Part shown: positions 26,595 through 34,142 of the stretch, piece by piece
How positions within the stretch are numbered: the stretch's first letter is position 1
How the letters are laid out: each line of letters begins with the position of its first letter
DNA from: an uncultured Candidatus Saccharibacteria bacterium
Lineage (GTDB): Bacteria > Patescibacteriota > Minisyncoccia > Phycocordibacterales > GWA1-40-21
Length of the DNA: 34,142 bases
Assembly: GCA_964455475.1 (NCBI GenBank)
Contig: CAYVWL010000004.1
Location: 1 to 34,142 of the forward strand
Reading direction: 5' to 3'
Program-made: the position numbers and the translations under genes
The notes under the pieces: generated by a model
Told to the model about the DNA's origin: nothing
What the model saw: the letters and a program-made list of their open reading frames with translations, nothing else
The model's database searches: none

Positions 26595-28790
26595 ATGAAC
26601 CTGCAAGACCCAGCGGAAAAGGAATTTCGCCTCCAGGACAGTCAGAAAACGGCCTTGAAAAAGATCGGCTTAAAGACTGTGGAGGATTTGCTATATCATT
26701 TCCCCACCCGCTATGGTGACACATCGGAGATGAAAAATATTGGCAGTTTGACGGCCGGCGAAACGGCGGTGATCTTTGGAAAAATCAGCGGGCTAAAAAC
26801 CGGCAAAGCTTTTATAAAAAGAACGCCAATTTCCGAAGGCTATATTGAGGACGAAACCGGAAGAATAAAAGTAATCTGGTTTCATCAGCCCTATATTGCC
26901 AAGATGATTCATGAGGGGGCGATGGTGCGGGCAGAAGGGAAAATCTCGGAACGTAAAGGTATTTTAGGCATGATGAATCCGAAAATAGAGACGGTGACCA
27001 AACTGCCCACCGGTGTGGGTGATTCCCTCTTCGGCGAGGAGGGCGAAGCCCACTCTCTCTACCCCGTCTATCCGGAAAGTAAGGGCGTCACTTCCAACTG
27101 GCTTTATCACACTATCCAAAAAATATTTAGCAGTAAAATACTTGATGGCTTGGTGGACCCGATTCCAGACTATATTTTGAAAACTTATAATCTCCCCTCC
27201 CTGGCCACCGCCTTGGTCTGGATTCACGCCCCGCTAAAAAAAGAACATGCCGTGTCCGCCCGAAAAAGGTTTGCTTTTGAGGAAGTTTTTTTCATTCAAC
27301 TGCAAAAGAAAAAAGACCGCCTGCTGTGGCAAAAGGAACCAGCCTTTATTATTGAAAAAACACCGGCAGAAATTGAAGCCTTTGTAAAAAGATTCCCTTT
27401 TACGGCCACGGACGCCCAAAGGAAAGCGATTGATAATATTATGGCGGACTTTCACCGCGGCTATGCCATGTCTCGCCTCCTTGAAGGTGATGTGGGTTCG
27501 GGCAAGACCGCCGTGGCCGCTGCCACCGCTTATGCGGTGATTACCTCCCGGCCGAAGGGGCAAGACTTTGGACACCTTCAGACGGCCTATATGGCGCCAA
27601 CAGAGATTCTGGCCAAACAACATTTTGACAGCTTTATAAAATATTTCACTTATCTCAATATAAATATTGGCCTTATTACCGGCAGTGAATGCCGAAAGTT
27701 CCCCTCTAAAACCAATCCCAATGATTGGACTCATATTTCCAAAACTCAACTGTTAAAATGGGTAGAAAATGGCGAGATACCAATTTTAATCGGCACACAC
27801 GCCCTCATTCAAAAAAAGGTAAAGTTTAAACATTTATCTTATGTGATTATTGATGAGCAACACCGTTTTGGCACGGCGCAGAGACAGAAGATTGCCCGCA
27901 AGGAAAATATGAATCCCTGCCCGCTCCCTTCGGAGGGCAGGCGGGCGCACCTGCTCTCCATGACCGCCACGCCGATTCCCCGCACCTTGGCCCTCACTAT
28001 TTATGGGGACTTGGATCTGACATTGCTGGATCAAATGCCCGCCGGGAGAAAACCGATTATCACGGAAATTGTTTTACCGGGCGAGCGTGAAAATACTTAT
28101 GAAAAAATAAAAAAAGAACTGACGGCGGGTCGCCAGCTGTATATTATTTGCCCACGGATCGATGTCCCCGACCCCGCCAAGGAACAAGCCGTGATTGCCA
28201 AAAGTGTGACGGAAGAAGCCGAGCGATTGGAGCGAGATGTCTTTCTAAATTATGAGATCGGTATTCTCCACAGCAAGATGCCTCCGGCGGACAAGGAATA
28301 TGTGATGGAGCAATTTAAGAACGGGAAAATAAAAATACTAGTGGCCACCTCCGTGGTAGAAGTGGGAGTGAATGTGCCAAATGCCACGGTGATAATTATT
28401 GAGGGGGCGGAGCGCTTTGGCCTGGCCCAACTGCATCAGCTCCGCGGGCGCGTGATAAGGAGTAATGATCAAGCCTACTGTTATGTCTTTGCCGATAGCA
28501 AAACACAAAAGACGGTGGACCGTCTAAAGGCTTTTAAAAATTCTTCAAACGGTTTTGAATTGGCGGAATTTGATTTGCAACTCCGCGGGCCCGGCGAGCT
28601 CTCTGGCAACAAACAATGGGGCATTTCCGATATTGGTATGGAGGCCCTGCGCAACCTAAAAATGGTGGAGGCCGCCCGCGCCGAAGCTGAGTATCTCCTC
28701 ACCCAAGATGACACTCTGTCCAAATTCCCCCTCCTAAACGAAAAACTCCTCCATCGTAAATCCGACGGAGAAGCTATCCATTTTGAGTAA
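26595..28790 (+). CDS. recG: ATP-dependent DNA helicase RecG
   Basis: LLEGDVGSGKT, MAPTEILA, DEQHRFG, MTATPIPR, QLHQLRGRV, DLQLRGPGE. Confidence 0.97.
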   Translation: MNLQDPAEKEFRLQDSQKTALKKIGLKTVEDLLYHFPTRYGDTSEMKNIGSLTAGETAVIFGKISGLKTGKAFIKRTPISEGYIEDETGRIKVIWFHQPYIAKMIHEGAMVRAEGKISERKGILGMMNPKIETVTKLPTGVGDSLFGEEGEAHSLYPVYPESKGVTSNWLYHTIQKIFSSKILDGLVDPIPDYILKTYNLPSLATALVWIHAPLKKEHAVSARKRFAFEEVFFIQLQKKKDRLLWQKEPAFIIEKTPAEIEAFVKRFPFTATDAQRKAIDNIMADFHRGYAMSRLLEGDVGSGKTAVAAATAYAVITSRPKGQDFGHLQTAYMAPTEILAKQHFDSFIKYFTYLNINIGLITGSECRKFPSKTNPNDWTHISKTQLLKWVENGEIPILIGTHALIQKKVKFKHLSYVIIDEQHRFGTAQRQKIARKENMNPCPLPSEGRRAHLLSMTATPIPRTLALTIYGDLDLTLLDQMPAGRKPIITEIVLPGERENTYEKIKKELTAGRQLYIICPRIDVPDPAKEQAVIAKSVTEEAERLERDVFLNYEIGILHSKMPPADKEYVMEQFKNGKIKILVATSVVEVGVNVPNATVIIIEGAERFGLAQLHQLRGRVIRSNDQAYCYVFADSKTQKTVDRLKAFKNSSNGFELAEFDLQLRGPGELSGNKQWGISDIGMEALRNLKMVEAARAEAEYLLTQDDTLSKFPLLNEKLLHRKSDGEAIHFE
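27916..27945. repeat. 30-nt in-frame palindromic insertion in recG
   Basis: CCTGCCC-gc-TCC-cttc-GGA-GGGCAGG-CGGG; excision restores PHLLSMTATPIPR. Confidence 0.8.
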
Positions 28791-28792
28791 TT

Positions 28793-29188
28793 CTATAAAC
28801 CCATCGGGGAATCCGTCCTTGGACCAGATATCTTTCCTTTCATAATTGTTCTTAGAGAATCAATTTCTTCTTTTTCCTCCTCTTCTCGTTCTTCTAGTTC
28901 GGCAATATCAACATTCAATCTTGTAAGCACACCATCTCCAAACTCATTGAAGTTGCCCTCAAAATCTTTACCTATTATTTCAGAAGCCTTCTCAATAATT
29001 GCCCTGTCACTTTCATACCCTCTCCTTTCTTCTATTATCTTACTTAATCTTCTTTCAAGGACCGCCATTGCATCGCTTAGGGTTTGCATAATTTCAGGTC
29101 TTTTTAGTTTTTCAGCCCATGAATTTAATCGCTTCTGCTTTTTGGACACACTCGATTCTTCTGCTGGAATACCAATTTTTTCTGACAT
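28793..29188 (-). CDS. hypothetical charged helical protein
   Basis: 131-aa ATG-initiated ORF, Glu/Lys-rich, no motif recognised. Confidence 0.6.
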   Translation of the reverse strand: MSEKIGIPAEESSVSKKQKRLNSWAEKLKRPEIMQTLSDAMAVLERRLSKIIEERRGYESDRAIIEKASEIIGKDFEGNFNEFGDGVLTRLNVDIAELEEREEEEKEEIDSLRTIMKGKISGPRTDSPMGL

Positions 29189-29266
29189 ACTTTTATTGAT
29201 TAATTATTTTATTAAATTTCCGACTCACCCTATTTTACCCCCCCCCTAAAAATAAATGCAAGGAGA

Positions 29267-29377
29267 CAACTTCCCTCAGTCCCCTCTTAACTAAGAGGGG
29301 AAGGTGAAAGAGTGACTTAAGTAGAGTGGAGTTAAGTCTCCTCCCCTCCTTAGATAAGGAGGGGTTGGGGGCAGTTG
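29267..29377. repeat. composite CCCCTCCTT-family element upstream of tRNA-Ile
   Basis: CAACT.../...AGTTG ends; TCCCCTCTT-aact-AAGAGGGGA and CCCCTCCTT-agat-AAGGAGGGG hairpins; central GACTTAA/TTAAGTC stem. Confidence 0.78.
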
Positions 29378-29379
29378 AA

Positions 29380-29408
29380 TTGCGAAAAAGGTATTTTTAA
29401 GCTAATAT
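29380..29408 (+). promoter_or_regulatory. sigma70 promoter for tRNA-Ile
   Basis: TTGCGA-17 nt-TAATAT, ending 6 nt before tRNA G1. Confidence 0.55.
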
Positions 29409-29414
29409 CTAAGG

Positions 29415-29487
29415 GCGCGTTTAGCTCAGTTGGTAGAGCGTTCGACTTATACTCGAATGGTCGGGGGTTCGAGTCCCTCAACGCGCA
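29415..29487 (+). tRNA. tRNA-Ile (UAU)
   Basis: GCGCGTT/AACGCGC acceptor, TTCGA CT TAT AC TCGAA anticodon arm, GGGGG TTCGAGT CCCTC, A73. Confidence 0.93.
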
Positions 29488-29493
29488 CAAAAC

Positions 29494-29532
29494 GAACGGC
29501 TCAACCGTATATTTTATACGGTTGAGCCGTTC
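29494..29532. terminator. 18-bp perfect hairpin after tRNA-Ile
   Basis: GAACGGCTCAACCGTATA-ttt-TATACGGTTGAGCCGTTC. Confidence 0.6.
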
Positions 29533-29651
29533 AATTAATTCTGCTATTTTACTTTACAAACCTTACAACTTTATGAACTTTTAACTATTGCTGGTGCTCG
29601 ATACCCTACCCCCCTGTGGACAGACTTATTAATTATTGATAATATTTATAT

Positions 29652-30680
29652 ATGAATAAAGAAGGAATTATTAAAAACAAATTAATAATCCTAATTACGT
29701 TAGGTTTATTGGTAATTCTATCTATTATTTCTCTATTGATATTTTATCCGACCGATAAAAGATATTTGCCAGAGGAAATGCTTAATCTCACCGTCGGGAT
29801 TTCCAATGCCGATCACTCGGCGCTAATTATCCTCGCTGATAAACTGGGCTTTTTCCAGAAAGCGGGCCTAAATGTCTTAATTAAAAAATATGATTCTGGG
29901 TCTGAGGCAGTTAGTAAATTACTATTTGGTGAATCTGATATTGCCACCGCCGCGGAATTTGTCATGGTAGCCAACAGATTAAGCCACCCCGACTTACAGA
30001 TCCTAGCCACTATTGATGTGGTCAAGACGATGGATCTGATTGCAAACAAGAATTCAGGTATTCAAAACATCAATGACCTGAATAACAAAAAGGTGGGCCT
30101 AAAGAAAAATAGTCAAGCGGAATTCTTTCTCGGTTCCCTTTTGATCGAGAACGGTTTGACCATCTCTGACCTAGATATCACGAACATTGATCCTCCGGAC
30201 ATGTCGCCACAGCTTAAAAGCAGAAAAATTGACGCTGTGGTTGTCTGGGAACCTTATATTTATAATATCGAAAATGATTTAGGAACGGGAACAGTTAAAT
30301 TGGGTGGGGATTTAAACCGAGAATTTTATCTCTCACTCTTCGCCCGCCAAGAAATTATTTCCAATAAAACGGAGTCTTTAGGAAGATTCCTAACCGCCCT
30401 CATTAAAGCCAATGATTACCTCAAAAAAAATCCCGATGTGGCTAAAGAAATCATCAGACAGGAATTTGATTATAGTCAGGCTTATTTGGATTATAACTGG
30501 GGAAACCATAATTTTTCGGTTTCCTTGGATCAATCTCTGATTATCAACATGGAGGGTGAGACCCGTTGGCTCATAGCTAATGACCAAACAAAGATGACCA
30601 AGGTCCCAAATTATCTTGATAATATTAGCCTGGATCTGCTAGAAAAAATTAAACCGGAGGCCGTAACTATTATCCATTAA
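29652..30680 (+). CDS. orphan solute-binding protein (SsuA/NrtA/THI5-like)
   Basis: N-terminal TM; LGFFQKAGLNV, DIAT, DLNNKKVG, IDAVVVWEP. Confidence 0.85.
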   Translation: MNKEGIIKNKLIILITLGLLVILSIISLLIFYPTDKRYLPEEMLNLTVGISNADHSALIILADKLGFFQKAGLNVLIKKYDSGSEAVSKLLFGESDIATAAEFVMVANRLSHPDLQILATIDVVKTMDLIANKNSGIQNINDLNNKKVGLKKNSQAEFFLGSLLIENGLTISDLDITNIDPPDMSPQLKSRKIDAVVVWEPYIYNIENDLGTGTVKLGGDLNREFYLSLFARQEIISNKTESLGRFLTALIKANDYLKKNPDVAKEIIRQEFDYSQAYLDYNWGNHNFSVSLDQSLIINMEGETRWLIANDQTKMTKVPNYLDNISLDLLEKIKPEAVTIIH

Positions 30681-30681
30681 A

Positions 30682-33024
30682 ATGAAAATAAGAACCAAAA
30701 TTCTCCTATCCGTTGGCTTAACCATAATAATAATTGCGGTTATTGGTATTTTGTTTTTTTTCTCGTTTCAAGCATTCAAACAAGCCATCAATAAAGAAAA
30801 AGTGTTGGATAAAATAAGCACTGACCTATTTGGGAAAAGATTATTGCTAGATGAATACATACTCCATTTTGAAGACCGACCAAGAGAGCAATATATTATC
30901 AAGAATAATCAATTAATCGACTTCATCAATAGTCAGGTCACCATCTTTTCAGAGGAAGCTGAAAAAAAGAGTTTGATTAAAATCCTCAGTATTATTGATT
31001 CAACCAGAATCAATTTCTTAAAATTAACCGCTATTGTAGAAAAAATTAACACCCTCGAACCTGATGGACGGCAGAATCTTGAAAATCAAAAAAGTCGTTT
31101 GCTTAACCAATTAATAAGTCAGTCTCAACAAGCAAATTATGAAACGGACCAATTGCAAAAAATATATTCAAACGAACTTGTAAATATTCAAAGGTCAGCA
31201 ACTTATTTGGTGACTTCTTCATTATTCTTTCTGCTCTTAATTATAATAATTCTATCGATTGCCTCAAGAAAAATTATTAACCGGATATCCAAACTCCAAA
31301 AAGGCACAGAGATTATCGGCCAGGGTAATTTAACTTACCAAATTGAAATCGAAAATAATGATGAAATAGGAAGATTATCCCAATCCTTTAATCAAATGGC
31401 CACAAAGCTAAAAGACTCACACAATACTTTGGAACAAAAAATCCAGCAGAAAACTGAAAATTTAGATCAGACAAACAAATTCCTAGAGTCTATTATTGAA
31501 AATATTCCAAATATGATCTTCGTCAAGGAAGCCAAGGATCTACAATTCACCAAATTCAACAAAGCTGGGGAAAACCTGCTTGGCCAGAAAAGAGAAGATC
31601 TTATTGGGAAAAATGATTATAATTTCTTCCCCAAAAAAGAAGCCGACTTTTTTACCAGTAAAGATCGGGAGGTACTCTCTCACGGCAAACTTTTGGATAT
31701 TCCGGAGGAATCAATACAGACCAAAAATGGCTTGCGCCTCCTGCATACAAAAAAAATCCCCATTCTGAGTGATGATGGCAAGCCACTTTATTTACTTGGT
31801 ATTTCTGAAGATATAACTGAAAAGAAGGAGCGAAAGGAACTTATTCAGAAGACAAAAGAGTTGGAGGAAATCAAGGCAAAAGATGAAGCCACACTCTCTT
31901 CTATTGGTGATGGATTGGTAGCGGTGGGCAAGGATGGCAATATTTTCCTCATCAATAAAGCCTTTGAAAGAGTGACCGGCTGGAAGGAATCAGAGGTTCA
32001 GGGTAAATTCCTATCACAAATTATACCAGCAATTGATAAAAACGGAAAAATCATAACGGAGACAGAACGGTTAATCAACAGAACTCTAAAAAACCGTGAG
32101 TCTGTCAAAACGATTAGGGCAGATGATCTCTATTATCGACGCAAAGATGGATCGACCTTCCCCGTCTCCCTTAATATTTCTCCAATCGTCATCGGTTCTG
32201 AATTTATCGGCGCGATTGAGATTTTCCGCGACATTTCTAAGGAAAAGGAAATCGACCGGGCTAAAAGCGAATTCATTTCCCTGGCCTCCCATCAATTAAA
32301 AACCCCGCCGACGGCTATCAAACTACTGACGGAAAGACTGCTGAGTGGAAAGATAGGAAGATTAACAAAAAAGCAGAAAGAATATTTCACCGACGTTCAA
32401 ACATCAAATCAGCGAATGATAGAATTAGTCAAAGCCCTTTTAGACGTGTCTCGGCTGGAACTTGGCACCTTTACTCTACGCCTAAGTAAAGAAAATCCTT
32501 GCTCTATTATTGAAGATATCATCAGAGAAAACAAGCTGACTATCGCCAAGAAACATCAGGTGCTCAAAACAATACTGCCAAAGGAAAAGATATTGATCAA
32601 ACTGGATAAACCAATGTTCAGCCTGATAGTGACCAATCTCCTGATCAATGCTATTCACTATACGGCAGAAAAAGGCCAAATAAAAATTACAGGCCAAATA
32701 ACCGAACCAGGGCAAAGATTCGGTGGAAAATTACTAAAGGACCGCTATTTCGTCTTTTCTGTGGCTGATACCGGCTACGGTATTCCGCACGAGGAACAAA
32801 AGATGATATTCGCCCGATTTTATCGAGCCACCAATATCAAAGAGAAAAACGTAAATCGGACCGGATTGGGACTCTATATCGTCAAATCGATTTTAGACCA
32901 TTCTGGCGGGTTGATCTGGTTTACCTCGCAGGAAAATAAAGGTTCTATCTTCTATGTAGCCATTCCCCTATCAGGCATGACTGCCAAAGATGAAGAAAAA
33001 CCGCTTACTGACCAGCAACCTTAA
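30682..33024 (+). CDS. sensor histidine kinase (TM-HAMP-PAS-PAS-HisKA-HATPase)
   Basis: DEIGRLSQSFNQM, two PAS/PAC domains, ASHQLKTP, NLLINA, DTGYGIP, TGLGL. Confidence 0.95.
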   Translation: MKIRTKILLSVGLTIIIIAVIGILFFFSFQAFKQAINKEKVLDKISTDLFGKRLLLDEYILHFEDRPREQYIIKNNQLIDFINSQVTIFSEEAEKKSLIKILSIIDSTRINFLKLTAIVEKINTLEPDGRQNLENQKSRLLNQLISQSQQANYETDQLQKIYSNELVNIQRSATYLVTSSLFFLLLIIIILSIASRKIINRISKLQKGTEIIGQGNLTYQIEIENNDEIGRLSQSFNQMATKLKDSHNTLEQKIQQKTENLDQTNKFLESIIENIPNMIFVKEAKDLQFTKFNKAGENLLGQKREDLIGKNDYNFFPKKEADFFTSKDREVLSHGKLLDIPEESIQTKNGLRLLHTKKIPILSDDGKPLYLLGISEDITEKKERKELIQKTKELEEIKAKDEATLSSIGDGLVAVGKDGNIFLINKAFERVTGWKESEVQGKFLSQIIPAIDKNGKIITETERLINRTLKNRESVKTIRADDLYYRRKDGSTFPVSLNISPIVIGSEFIGAIEIFRDISKEKEIDRAKSEFISLASHQLKTPPTAIKLLTERLLSGKIGRLTKKQKEYFTDVQTSNQRMIELVKALLDVSRLELGTFTLRLSKENPCSIIEDIIRENKLTIAKKHQVLKTILPKEKILIKLDKPMFSLIVTNLLINAIHYTAEKGQIKITGQITEPGQRFGGKLLKDRYFVFSVADTGYGIPHEEQKMIFARFYRATNIKEKNVNRTGLGLYIVKSILDHSGGLIWFTSQENKGSIFYVAIPLSGMTAKDEEKPLTDQQP

Positions 33025-33045
33025 TTATGCTATAATATAACTACT

Positions 33046-33444
33046 ATGATAGAAAATAAAAAAACAAAAATCTTATTAGTTGAGGACGATGCCATTATTA
33101 GCAAGGTATACGCCGATGAATTAAAAGATGCCGGCTTTCAGGTTATCATAGCTCTTAACGGACAAGATGGACTAAAACTTGCCCTACAGGAAAAACCGGA
33201 TCTTATTTTACTAGATATTATTATGCCGATTATGGATGGTTTAGCCATGATGAAGGAGCTACGCGGGAAAAATCTATACGGGAAAAATGTGCCGATAATC
33301 CTATTAACCAATCTATCCCCCGACGAAGAAAGAATCATGCAAGCGATTGTGGAAAGCGAACCAGCCTATTATTTGATCAAATCAGATTGGGATTTAAGCC
33401 AGGTATTGGAAAAAATCAAGGAACGGTTGAGCCGAACTATTTAA
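33046..33444 (+). CDS. single-domain response regulator (receiver)
   Basis: LLVEDD, PDLILLDIIMP, LLTN, LIK. Confidence 0.93.
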   Translation: MIENKKTKILLVEDDAIISKVYADELKDAGFQVIIALNGQDGLKLALQEKPDLILLDIIMPIMDGLAMMKELRGKNLYGKNVPIILLTNLSPDEERIMQAIVESEPAYYLIKSDWDLSQVLEKIKERLSRTI

Positions 33445-33457
33445 CTATTTAACCCTT

Positions 33458-34142
33458 CTATCCCTGGTGTTCTATATCCTGCTTCTTTTTGGGGAGGATG
33501 CCGTAGGCGATAATAATCTTTTCATATTCGTCACGTTCAATGGTTTCCACTTCCATCAGCCGGCGAGCGACAGCGTCCAAGGCTGGACGGTGAGTCTTTA
33601 CAATCTCCTCGGCTTTGGCCTTGGAGCTACTCATAATCTCTGACACTTCACTATCAATCAGGGCACTCACTTTTTCCGAATATTCATTCTCCCCTATTCC
33701 CCGACTACCAAACAAAGTGGCGCCACCTGTGCCTTCTAGGGCCAGGGCTCCGATCTTGTCTGACATACCATACTTGGTCACCATCTCCCGCGCGAGCGCC
33801 GTGGACACTTGTAAATCATTGGATGGGCCAGTGGTGACATCATCCATAATCATTTTCTCCGTCACAAAACCCGCGAGGGCCACCGTGATATCATCTAGAA
33901 ATTCTTTTTTGCTCTGCAGTTTTCTATCCTCCAATGGTAATTTCAAAGTATAACCGGCCGCGCGCCCGCGAGAGATAATGGAAATCTTATGCACCGGATC
34001 CGCATACGGCAGGACAGAGGAGACGATAGCGTGTCCAGCTTCATGATAAGCAGTGAGCTCTTTTTCTTTTTTAGACAATAAGTGACTTTTCCTTTCCGGA
34101 CCCATCATCACTTTTTCAATGGAACGGATCAAATCAAACTGC
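33458..34142 (-). CDS. ftsH: FtsH protease, C-terminal M41 domain (5'-truncated by window edge)
   Basis: MGPERKS, TAYHEAGHA, TTGPSNDL, MVTKYGMS. Confidence 0.95.
   Translation of the reverse strand, partial: QFDLIRSIEKVMMGPERKSHLLSKKEKELTAYHEAGHAIVSSVLPYADPVHKISIISRGRAAGYTLKLPLEDRKLQSKKEFLDDITVALAGFVTEKMIMDDVTTGPSNDLQVSTALAREMVTKYGMSDKIGALALEGTGGATLFGSRGIGENEYSEKVSALIDSEVSEIMSSSKAKAEEIVKTHRPALDAVARRLMEVETIERDEYEKIIIAYGILPKKKQDIEHQG

Noticed and set aside
29375-29584. 69-aa ORF
   Set aside because: Overlaps the tRNA-Ile gene and its hairpin.
9539-29620. DnaA-box-like CTGTGGA motifs at 9539, 15929 and 29614 (plus an exact TTATCCACA inside ligA)
   Set aside because: Isolated, mismatched and unclustered; no evidence for oriC.
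29494-33457. Integrative element at tRNA-Ile
   Set aside because: No integrase and no repeated tRNA 3' end was found downstream.

Overview
Mostly core-genome window from a small-genome bacterium using genetic code 11 (TGA is a stop). The gene content and repeat style suggest Patescibacteria/CPR (Parcubacteria-like); this is inference. Left to right: a tRNA cluster (5' exon of an intron-split tRNA-Asp, initiator tRNA-Met, elongator tRNA-Met) with a free-standing HNH nuclease; a membrane HEPN-motif protein, gatA, gatC and ligA; a type IV pilus locus without a secretin (pilM-N-O-P-like, pilB, receiver protein, pilT, pilC, two pilins, pilD, four minor pilins) divergent from comF; tspO, dinB with a LexA-like box, a P-type ATPase, yggU, mscL, tRNA-Ser, mgtC and recG; a rare tRNA-Ile(UAU); an orphan solute-binding protein with a kinase and receiver; and the 3' part of ftsH. 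The strongest signals are non-coding: (1) a group I intron at tRNA position 35/36 with a visible P1 helix; (2) an ORF-free, highly structured ~175-nt RNA with its own sigma70 promoter and terminator (18928-19101, minus); (3) short palindromic elements from several families, two inserted exactly in frame in recG (30 nt) and comF (75 nt); (4) a structured element after tRNA-Ser that copies and complements its T-arm; (5) nine genes with an identical leaderless TGnTAnnnT-N6-start promoter; (6) tRNA-Ile(UAU). All calls come from reading the sequence by eye; no database searches were run.
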